A DNA stretch of 64,000 bases. It comes from a virus. Shown here in pieces: positions 21,701 to 30,000 of the stretch; within the stretch, counting starts at the first letter, position 1; each line of letters opens with the position of its first letter. The stretch covers positions 15,387 through 79,386 of IMG/VR virus record IMGVR_UViG_3300031787_000065; one strand, given 5' to 3'. Made by a program: the position numbers and the translations under genes. The notes under the pieces are model-generated. The model was not told the DNA's origin, made no database searches, and saw only the letters and a program-made list of their open reading frames with translations.

Positions 21701-22303
21701 ATTTGTATATCTTACATTGTAGTAATCTTTAATAAAACCGGATGGAAGAGTAATAATTTCATCAAGAAGCCAAGGAGACTTATGTTTTTCTTCTGGCCAA
21801 CTATATCCAGAAGGTCTATCTTCTCTGCGATAAACGTGTACTGATCCCGTTTTCTCTAAATTAAAAGTTACCGTATTACCAGAAGCGTCAAGTTCTGAAT
21901 AGGTAATAGTATCAAATGGAGAACCAGCAGCTAAATAATTTTTCTTTACACTGACAGCTTTGCCATATTTTTGAGAATTGTGCGGAAGAGTATGTCCAGA
22001 GTAATTTACAAAATCATTAGAGCCATACTCTACTTCTGTAAACTCTAGCGGGGTGTTGATAGCTCCACCGCTACCAGTTTTGCCTTCAATTACTATAGAA
22101 TATGGAGCATTTGGTATTAACCCATCATACTTTCTAATGCCATAAAAATTTCCGCTATATCCAACTGGAGTATTAAATCCACTAGATTCAAGATTGGTGT
22201 AAGTATTTTTAGCTCTTAGAATACCACCATCAACGCACTCGCTGGGAGCGGCCCATTTTAAATCGTGTAAAACCACAGGCGTTTCAGAGCATTTTTTAGT
22301 CAT
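15728..22303 (-). CDS. Giant tail adhesin with seven FG-GAP (integrin-alpha-like) repeats and inserted domains
   Basis: Seven (F/Y/C)Gx[SA][VL]..VG[AST]P repeats. Start moved to ATG 22303 (GGAG SD, ATGA overlap). Confidence 0.65.
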   Translation of the reverse strand: MTKKCSETPVVLHDLKWAAPSECVDGGILRAKNTYTNLESSGFNTPVGYSGNFYGIRKYDGLIPNAPYSIVIEGKTGSGGAINTPLEFTEVEYGSNDFVNYSGHTLPHNSQKYGKAVSVKKNYLAAGSPFDTITYSELDASGNTVTFNLEKTGSVHVYRREDRPSGYSWPEEKHKSPWLLDEIITLPSGFIKDYYNVRYTNKIGGIDMPLPVEERLWMVGQEGREFGHSLDLAVTSSGDPSIGESDRKILVVGAPSAQWKHRSFEELSSSGVQIGLMIFTDEFTPIIYKKNRYNTFDRIEHYEIQRAIQNKDLIFQYFSDPPVKFDVKLIICEPIADYSNRQLEDFPEPKPNYIVKKRIARNQGILSEERTNLIFNDIKSAFHEAYPYDESKLNNNIPVILGIYVDDSASLGKEAVSPALNRFISYFGEYSFASGLKDFYGVPSSGQCVEFASDDSEDWIDNSKKILDYVLDTGRLVKENQVRFFTSGVGPEAFNSNLSQFNYPPPSGGSVFIFEKESGYWNCIQEIQSPNIIYDTPDRFGHAVAISENSEVIAIGSPYISQACQIYEYKKEEKDRLYSSLHTWLYNKSSLVGGNNLRYTSLISSLQEWLNTMNIVSANKMLYCSLTSTEKLEARKFLSISEYQLSNIYNGQSIILTLPENREQKDADDWEFIIDNFAPTPRCGYSVAVSEDGRLVAVGSPTDSFNKGGDARVYYQNDGYRGPLLSTTSITPSWDATVNAGSVTLLESRKYYPHNSVVEFGKFGNLQEDIGDPIDSGHFGYLSNIFRDKNFRKTDFSEVKIPEDAGLAFIITPAVDALSEEVLENISSWLALGDRNLVLVGNDPSWEQNGAYADSNKIINKILLHIKSRMTLVPARNYAEALMMPSGCGKVIPSFIPTNATHSYIIPQNLNAYGVADIRMNLEDPEFELYMPCNDSNQDSFNKTISMYMDPTPANTKCELPLKHIGDLRAQWNHKCLNDQLKTIFIPVNWPTLFKTYDASSCALNGPPIYKDLPNQEPVPLLAAASLVTETITIPAKPAVSGNIAIFREEISTSITERALFDENNISSDVSIIWNSGTSNYTSINYNASASNSTQKFYTPESFEDRQALLQSNAISEQEVLKGNELVSELSYFAVEETFINNSRIVCIASTDTESSSSLMSGFGDKNLYFYINLVSQPFKRGESRIAQLGGWTGHSSFISANPNSILYEVFTNSNNSVELNVPTISPSHDVCWIADPIQLPSPQQLQELLSWLRLSNKKLIITYSNKSTQARLVSELLSILNSKLEPLYLFADEKFATAGVPMGALRVNPNTYIANGHDRKSKIDSFSISSLQFIPIKLINGLSPLAHSTQEIYQTKLDTAGYWRFDSGITKVTFPSIPNSGYRLFFTNISESPTELEPIRIYIDNVTRAYGLPTYAGSDMTTITLENGYSMERIGIDSSLTSVTINKSSTKHFDIQATSGEISIYISAYNNRFPLITSDFIPKTTRLMAISGVLAPIINTKTSSSQSYKVFDRFELIEMSPAQPEFSFTSTRFAHISNRNDQYCNGNKCFEQNLNNQWIADGPVVVAQEIEHFSSFDVGYNRSRITLISDSSLVQGKCMGDEFYRASRESVTFLRSLYPETFFGNANRGRSFDTITKIVSPERGSPAKYLTLAPHNSGINKLFNGGYMSASSSLGFSSFNNNESRYDPAFVKDPMTPYAEIPKIGNPEIIEQMRAEKKRQEIATFVAKQNLAGSTAKFSGIIDGQLYSDANYKGGLPKLMKDKGYDYLDFDKFTNLYKGDLFGYDISIHKNKVVVGSPGSAFSNNSIGDWAYHSANSGLKVGYDGGAGAVYIFEQTFKGSGYHGLTTPWECIQKLRPDSLHVGVSGSSSDRFGISLDISSDIIAVGTPNHNFSNIYTNGSGEFIRKSFNPEFYIPSRIVTEFLESGVQDNGAVYLFENSIVDWATKTQNWSLVEKLTPEMFGFTEDSGRFGCAVSIDRSNRTDADYTLCVGSLVNSGEVYTADIMLRQQTPSIQSPDAFIQARVFGEIDQNWYPNVFLEVTNGQSNNKSYYASGIIYTDTRGQIFLEASGQDPVAKGFIQHRPFIKSVNGQYAYGTPNSGIMSLYVLSNNPPEVENMNIFTQVDDSAIVYNNIGMFTGAVKDIVSSSPSGLYLYTDCPDPITVSSSGLSLFTASGTGSENQSLNMRIRGK

Positions 22304-25300
22304 TGACAGTCTCCATAACAAATGATATCCACACCCCTAATTTCGTCATTTGCCTCTAAGAAAGCTTTATCATTATCAAGGCTTGTAATAGATTTACCAA
22401 CATTATCAGAAGTCCACATAATAACGCCTTGTTGATTAATTTGTTGATTAAAAGCTGGATAGTTTATAGTAAATAGTCCAACCGAACTTTCAATAGATTC
22501 GTATGATCCTACACATTGTAAATATAGGTTAAAATCATTACCGAAAGAAACAATATCTTTTAATCCGTCTATTACTAAATTCATAGTAGCCAATGGATAG
22601 TTATCTTCCACTGGACTTCTAGAGTTCACAAATATATTTACACTATTTAATATCGTTTCTGCTACTTTGTTACTTGCAAAAAGACCAATTTGTTGTGATT
22701 GAGATGGATAGCTTTCTTGAACATGAGTATTTAATGGTAGAATTTGATAATCAAATTTCTCATTAGCTATTAGGAACAATCCTAGTTCTGGTACAAAAGA
22801 TTCATCATTTGGAGATATTGATCCAAAATTATTATTAGTAAATGAAGAAATTCTGCCAATATTTAAGCAAGATAACCCTAAATTAGCATTTCTGTTATAC
22901 GCACTAGTGGTAAACATATTGACGGCGACATTGTGAGTATCAATAGGCTTGCCATCAGTCGAAAGGTTTAATGAAGCATATAAGGGAGATAATCCAGCGG
23001 TATGTAAGTTAATGGTATTGAGAGCTTTTTTCTCACCGCTAGATACTAAGTTGAGTATAGAATTGCTATCTTCTTTTTTCAAAATAGCGTCTTGTAACTT
23101 AACGTTCGCGGCGTGTATCTTGATAGAAGATTCAAACGGGCTTCCAGAAGGATAAACAATGTCATACTGTAAAAACATATCATTTATATCATAAGAATAA
23201 TACTTATGATCAAATTCTGATATGAGTTGATCATTATTAAAATTAGACCATTTTTCTGACCTGTCTAATATGTCTTTATGATTAAACGTACTGATTAATT
23301 TATGTATATTGCCAGAAGATCTAATGTAATACGTAGACCTATTAATAAGACCCAAGTTCTTAGTGCTGGGTCGGTTACTATCATCTTTCTTTGTTGTGTA
23401 TAAGCTTACAATAAACTTGGGGCCAATCTCGCCATCTTTCCAAATTAAATTATTAAGAGTTTGATGTTCAATTATTGTTTCTACACAAATGGCTCTTTCA
23501 GCAAAGTTGTAATCTCTTGGTAAAGCTTTGCTTACTCTTGAATTTGCAAACATAAAATTATTGTCAACATTGGACAGACTGAATCTTACAAAGTCATTTT
23601 CTATCTGTGTGTGATATGAAACGCCATCTAGGTTAATAGACGAAGGGGTTGGTAATAGATTACTTATCTGCAAATATCCGCTACCACTATGATTAAGATT
23701 ATGAACAATATAATCATCTCCATCTCTCTTTGTCATCCTAAAAAAGTCTGCTGAGAAATGTCCATAGTTGTAATCTCCTAAAAGCCACTTATCTGTATCG
23801 TCATCAATAAAATCATATAATTTATATCTATTATTTGATTGAGATCTGATGCTATCAAAAAATGATGAAACAGAAATTTGTTTATTAGATTTTATAGGAT
23901 TATTAGAAACAATATTACATCCAAAATTAGATCCATCAGATAACCCTAATTCAGATAAGAATATTGGCAAATTCACATCGTTATTGTTAATACGGCCAAT
24001 AACTATTCCAGATCCAATTTGCTCAATGTTGAATTCGCTAGATTCTGCTCTTAATATAGTAAAATTATCTATAGACTCATTATCTGTATAGATACGTAAT
24101 TTTTTAGAATTATTATCATTATATGTAATTAATAAAGAAAGTGGATATGTATATTCGCTATAGTGAGCAGTATCACTTATAGAGATATAATTATCATTTG
24201 TGTCTTTACATGTTACATTTAAGTAGCCATTGCCATATTTAATAGTTAGATTATTAGTGGTGTCTCCAGATATATTACCAAAAGTAGCGATAACGCCAGA
24301 ATTAAATAAATCATAACTATTACTAATGGCTTGATTTGATGGAGTAAATCTAATATAACATGCAAATCCATTCTTATAATTAAATGGCGTAGAGTTGTCT
24401 GTTAATCTTGGTAAATTGCCAAATCTACCCACATTGACAAATCGATCAAAACTATCGTTAATAGTAATATTAATATTTTGTTGACTATTAGTTTTTGTCC
24501 AATCTATAGTTTTATTTGGTGTTGGTTCTGAGAAAATTGATGAATTATTTAGTCTATATCCTATATTCTGATCTTGAATTTTAGCAGTAATGCCACCAAG
24601 CCACACTAGAGTATTTGTAGAATTAGAAGAGGGTGTATTGGGTATAGATTCTCTAGATATTAAATGTACTAAACCGCTTGGATATAGTAGATTAAATATT
24701 TCTTCAATATGATTAAAGTTATAATAACCGTAAGTAAATGGATTATCTGATGGTGGATTGTAAAAGTCGGCAGAAAATTGATCTGGATTAAATGGACCCC
24801 AAACAACGTTACCATCTACGCCCTTCCATCTATTAGAATAATTAGTAGTCACTCCGCTAGAATAAGAATAGGCATGTGGTAGTGGTGCCAAGCTAGAACT
24901 ATTAATATTGTGAATGATCTGTGTTCCAGAGGAACTGGATGGCAATAGCTTTAAGTTTCTTAATACAAGTTCACTAGATTGCGCTTGACCAAATGTGTGT
25001 AGCTGTAAAGCGTTAGATGGCTTGTATGTTACGACTAAATATGCTGTAGATATAGAAGCTCCACTTGGAATTGGATAAAGATCTATATAAAGATTTTCAA
25101 ACATAGGACTAATATTATACGCCCTAGATTTACCAATACTTACTTGGTCTTCGTAAATTTCTAATGGTATAACATATTCTTGAAACGAAGTAGAGGTTAC
25201 AAGTGGAGCATTATTAATAATATAATGATCACCGGCTGGATTTGTAATTTCATTTTCTTGAAAATATTGATTCTTGGTTGACAATGGATTGGTAGATATG

Positions 25301-27030
25301 CCAAGATCATCAATGTTATTAAGGCCAGATATAGTAGCTATATTGCCAGCAAAATGGTTGTTATTACTAGCAACGTTTTGTAAAAATGAGTTCTTGCGCG
25401 ACGTAACGTTTAATAAACCGTCATCACTATAACCAATAACGTCTAATGGATAACTATTTGAGCCAGCGACTTTCTTTGCCACTACCCTCAGTTCTATTTG
25501 ATCAACAGTGAAATAATTGTCTGTTTCTGATACATATTGTAATTCAGCAGTATCAAATGCATTATTGTCTCCACCAAATGAGAATGCGCCATCAGAATAA
25601 GAAACAACTGACTGTGGCGGTCTGTGACTAAATTTTAGTGTTAGGCGACCGCTATCTATGGGAGAAGAATTATCATATAAAGTAATAAAATTATATGGGG
25701 CATCATCTTGTAGCTTAGAAGATAGATATTTTATACCAGAAGCGTAGTCGTTATAAGCATAGATACTAGTATTCCCAACTAGTGTTCTCCATGAACTAAG
25801 GCCGCTGGGAAAAATTCCTAAATCAAATCCACTAGCTAATATTTCTGACGGATAAATATTTCGAACAGTTCTTTGGCCAGTTGGTTTTACTTCTGAGTGG
25901 AATGATAGATAATTATCCCTTATCACTCCAACGCTTCCACTACCACAAATTTCAATAGCTGATATTCTTATACTATTATTAGGATTTAAATTAAAACCTT
26001 GATTTTGTGTTGATAGTGGAGAACCTGCGTATGATAAATAATCATTAATATATCCAGATGTTTGTAAAACCTCTACCTTACAAGTGTCTTCATAGCCTTT
26101 ACTAAATCCTTCTGAGAATGGATCATCAAGACAGTCTATGTCAAAATCTAAGTTTAAGGTATACCCGCTAGGCAAACCAAAAATGGGATATCCACTATAC
26201 CAAGAGTAACCAGAAGCAGGGTTAACTTCTGCATGAGTGATATATGTTGCAAACTTACCATCACCCCTTAACGTAATGTCTTTATATTGAGAAATTAAAT
26301 TGCCAGATGGGTCTTGTAAAGATATATTAGATATCGAATACTGTGGCGGAATGTCAGAAGAAAAATCAGACAGTGGAGCAAACGCCCTTAATACCAAAAC
26401 GCTATCTTTGATGTCGGCTACTGGTGGAGTTATTTCACACTTATATCTAAACTTGCCCTTTGTAAACACGGATGATGGCTGTATATAGCTAGAATGGTCA
26501 TCTGATATTATACGGCTACCAGAAGATCCATGTCTTATATAATCACCGGTAAAAACACCCTCATCAACATAAGAATATAAATTATTTGTATTGAGGTCTT
26601 TGTTGATAAAGAAACTATTATTCTGCTCTATTGTGATGTCTTTAATTGGATAAAGTTTTTGATTATACTTAGAAGTATCTATAGATTTAGATGCATAAAA
26701 TTTGTCAACAGAGTTTATTTTGAATATTGGATTACCAGATAGCTTTGTTATCGCATTATGAGATAGTCTAAAATTTGCTTTTATATTAGTTTCTGGTTTT
26801 GTTATAAGTTCTCTTAAATTCATAGAAGCATTATGAAATGCCTTAACAGTTCCTTGCGCAGAAATTTTGGCAAATCTTGGAACATCAGAAGAATTATTAG
26901 GCTTAATAGAGGATAGGCCGATTAGTCTACTAGGAATAGAGCAAGAAACATTCATCATAGCTTTGATAGAGCTAGACTGACTTAGTTTTGTGGTCTGATT
27001 TTTAGCAAATGATAGACATACAGTAGACAT
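22300..27030 (-). CDS. Large tail protein with LamG/ConA-like domain
   Basis: GFACYIRF..LLITYND..LRIYTD..IVIGR pattern; immediately follows the TMP. Confidence 0.55.
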   Translation of the reverse strand: MSTVCLSFAKNQTTKLSQSSSIKAMMNVSCSIPSRLIGLSSIKPNNSSDVPRFAKISAQGTVKAFHNASMNLRELITKPETNIKANFRLSHNAITKLSGNPIFKINSVDKFYASKSIDTSKYNQKLYPIKDITIEQNNSFFINKDLNTNNLYSYVDEGVFTGDYIRHGSSGSRIISDDHSSYIQPSSVFTKGKFRYKCEITPPVADIKDSVLVLRAFAPLSDFSSDIPPQYSISNISLQDPSGNLISQYKDITLRGDGKFATYITHAEVNPASGYSWYSGYPIFGLPSGYTLNLDFDIDCLDDPFSEGFSKGYEDTCKVEVLQTSGYINDYLSYAGSPLSTQNQGFNLNPNNSIRISAIEICGSGSVGVIRDNYLSFHSEVKPTGQRTVRNIYPSEILASGFDLGIFPSGLSSWRTLVGNTSIYAYNDYASGIKYLSSKLQDDAPYNFITLYDNSSPIDSGRLTLKFSHRPPQSVVSYSDGAFSFGGDNNAFDTAELQYVSETDNYFTVDQIELRVVAKKVAGSNSYPLDVIGYSDDGLLNVTSRKNSFLQNVASNNNHFAGNIATISGLNNIDDLGISTNPLSTKNQYFQENEITNPAGDHYIINNAPLVTSTSFQEYVIPLEIYEDQVSIGKSRAYNISPMFENLYIDLYPIPSGASISTAYLVVTYKPSNALQLHTFGQAQSSELVLRNLKLLPSSSSGTQIIHNINSSSLAPLPHAYSYSSGVTTNYSNRWKGVDGNVVWGPFNPDQFSADFYNPPSDNPFTYGYYNFNHIEEIFNLLYPSGLVHLISRESIPNTPSSNSTNTLVWLGGITAKIQDQNIGYRLNNSSIFSEPTPNKTIDWTKTNSQQNINITINDSFDRFVNVGRFGNLPRLTDNSTPFNYKNGFACYIRFTPSNQAISNSYDLFNSGVIATFGNISGDTTNNLTIKYGNGYLNVTCKDTNDNYISISDTAHYSEYTYPLSLLITYNDNNSKKLRIYTDNESIDNFTILRAESSEFNIEQIGSGIVIGRINNNDVNLPIFLSELGLSDGSNFGCNIVSNNPIKSNKQISVSSFFDSIRSQSNNRYKLYDFIDDDTDKWLLGDYNYGHFSADFFRMTKRDGDDYIVHNLNHSGSGYLQISNLLPTPSSINLDGVSYHTQIENDFVRFSLSNVDNNFMFANSRVSKALPRDYNFAERAICVETIIEHQTLNNLIWKDGEIGPKFIVSLYTTKKDDSNRPSTKNLGLINRSTYYIRSSGNIHKLISTFNHKDILDRSEKWSNFNNDQLISEFDHKYYSYDINDMFLQYDIVYPSGSPFESSIKIHAANVKLQDAILKKEDSNSILNLVSSGEKKALNTINLHTAGLSPLYASLNLSTDGKPIDTHNVAVNMFTTSAYNRNANLGLSCLNIGRISSFTNNNFGSISPNDESFVPELGLFLIANEKFDYQILPLNTHVQESYPSQSQQIGLFASNKVAETILNSVNIFVNSRSPVEDNYPLATMNLVIDGLKDIVSFGNDFNLYLQCVGSYESIESSVGLFTINYPAFNQQINQQGVIMWTSDNVGKSITSLDNDKAFLEANDEIRGVDIICYGDCQ

Positions 27031-27033
27031 AAT

Positions 27034-30000
27034 TTACTTACCAAGAACTGTTTGTGATTTCACAATGTTACCACCGGGACCAACTCTATAATTTCCTAAT
27101 TCTTTAGCTAGTTGATCAAAGAGTTCTTTCTGTATTTGATCTTTAAGCGTAGACAAGAATGAAGCTCCTTGGAAGTTAACATTAATATTAGCTGTCTCTA
27201 GTTTAATCTGGAATTTAGTATTTTGTAAGTTTGTAATATTAGCAGATAGATCTTTATTAAATGTATTTAATGCACTAGCAAGATTGCTGACCACCTGTGG
27301 ATCAAGATTCACTGGTTGCATTCCGGTTAACATGGACATTAACTTGCCAACAAGTCCACCATCTGATAGATACTGTGTTCCACCGCGAATCTTGCCGCCA
27401 CGATTAGCATATGCGGTGCCGCTACCAGAAACATGATTTCCACTATTTATAGCTTTTAGTAGTTGTAGATTATTCTGCGTAGCCCTTCTATTTACAACAA
27501 ACTCTCCAGGAGTTAACATTGCTGGAACAGTATCTGTTCCGCGTGGAACAAACATGCCTCTACTAGCATAAACCATTCCTCCGCGAGCAAATCCAGATGC
27601 GGCCTCATTTCCGCGTTGTATAATTTCTTCTAGCTTAATATTAGCTTGAGATACAATAATCTCGGCTGTATTTAACTCCATTTGTGCCATATCTATGCCA
27701 ACCTGTCCAGTTTCACTTAAAACTCCACCAAGTTCTCGTATTCTTGCTCTCTTTCCTTCTTCTTCCGGTGTTGTTCCAGCTAGAGACTGAGCGGCGAATG
27801 GGCTTTGAATTCCTCTCGCAGCTAAAGCAGATTGAGCAGCCATTTCTCCAAGACCACCAGCGCCAGATAATTGTACTCCATATAGAGACTGAACACCAGC
27901 CTCCATTTGTCTTTGAATATCTTGGAAAGCTGACGCTAAAGCAGAGGCTCCAAATTGATTGATTAAACTTTCATTTCCAGTTGCAATAGCAGCCGTAGCA
28001 CCAACTGCTGCTTGTTGTTCAAAGAACTTTTCTATATCGCCAGAAATCAACGATTCCATTGACTGCTTTTCTAATTTATTCTTTTCTTGAATAATCTTAA
28101 GCTCATCTTGTTCTAGCTTAATTAATGATCTGATAGTATCTATTTGTGTTCTATAAGCTTTTTGTAAATCTCTTTGTTGTTCAGAAGCTTCAACGCCAGA
28201 AGCTCCTTGCAATCCGCCCTCTGTTCTTGCTCTTTCCTCATAAGTAGCTGCGCCAGCCCTGAGTTCTATATTTCTGCGTCTAAGTTCTTCTGCGCTACCA
28301 CTTCTGAAACCACTTAGACCTAGACGGTCGCCCTCAACATTAGCTTTTCCAAGAATGACCCCTCTTCTTTCCGCTCCGGTAACGGCCATGCCGCCAGCAC
28401 CAGCTTGTACTTCTCGTCCCTCTAGGTATAAATCTAATGCTTCTTGTTGTGCTTCAACTAACTTTCTTTCTGCTTCTATTCTCTTTTGAGTTAATTGAAT
28501 AATTACCTGTTCGGCCTTTTGTCTTTCTTGAGCAATTTTAATTATGCTTTCAATTTGTTTTTGTTGAGCTTCTCCTAATTTATTGCCAAATACTTCATAA
28601 TTTCCACCGATTATTTGATCAATTTCGTCATCTGTAAGATTAATACCCTCTATAGCTTTCTTAAGATTTTCCTTTGCTGGACCACCAACTAGATTAGAAA
28701 GTTCTGTAGCTAGCTCCTTTCTAAAATCTTCAGCATTTAATCCTTTAAAAGCTTTGTCTCCTATTCTTTGTCTAACATTTTCAAATGCTTGAGAATATTT
28801 TTGCTGAGCAGCAACGAAAGCGTTGGTATTATTTTCAAACTTAGACACAAACGCTGGAGAAACTCCTAATTTTTCTAAATTTTGCGCAACATTAGATACT
28901 GCATTTTTAATGTCTGTAGGATCCATAGCTTGAGCGGCACTGCTAACAGCTTCTCTTAAAAACTCTGCGTCGGAAACAAACGCTGAAGAACCAGCCTCAA
29001 AACTAGAAGCAAACCTCGCCATGCTCGCTGACATAGCTGTGGATGTTGCTTCCGCTCCACGTAAACCTAAATTCATTGCCTCAAATGATGCTTTAGCTCT
29101 AGCAACTTCTTTTTCAAGATTAAGTAATTCAGAGTTAATTTGATCTACTTGTCCCTTAAGTTGAATAAATGCTTCTTGCGCTGCTGCTGCACCCTCAGCG
29201 TCACCAGCCTTAGCTAAATTAGTTGCTTTGTCACTTAAATCTCGTAATCTTTGTAATTTATCATCTCTAGTACCAATTCCTAGGGCTTCTCTTCTCACCC
29301 GTTCTGGATCTTGACCTCTCGCCAAACCAGAACGTATAGCTGCTTGTCTGGCTGGAGACTGTAATTCAAAAGCTCTAGCTTGACCCTCATTGCTCTTTCT
29401 AATCATCTCTGCGCTTTGTTCACCAAGTTTATCGTCTCTTTCTTGTGCAGAATCAACATACCCAAAAGTGGCTGTAGCTCTAACGTCTCGGAAATATCCT
29501 CCCCAAGTTCTATTTCCATTTTTATCATATTGCCTATTTTCTGTATTAGATTGAGCAAAGTCTAAAGCTCTATTTTGTTGTATTGTGGCGGATTCAGTAG
29601 AGGTTCTAATTCTAGCTAATGCTTCTGATGCGGTTATAGTTCCTCTCTCAAAATCCTGCATCGCCGTGGTTGCTGTTTTTTGAGCTTGATCAAGAGATTT
29701 CTGCGTACTTATTGCTCCAGCTTGCGCAGCCGCCAAGTCAACAGCACTTTTTGTTGTTGTTTCAAAATTTGATGCTACTCCAACTAAGCCAGTACCCAAA
29801 CCAACTAAAGCTCCCACAGCGGTGCCAACGACAGGAATAAAACTTCCAATTGCAGCGCCAGCAGCAGTAGCTGCTACTACTCCACCAGCAGACCCCGCTC
29901 CGCGCTGAAAATTACTTTTTTCTAAAGCTACAGACTTAGCTTCTTCAACATTGCCGGATTTTATTGCTTTATTAAGTCTTCCTTCAAAATTATAAATACT

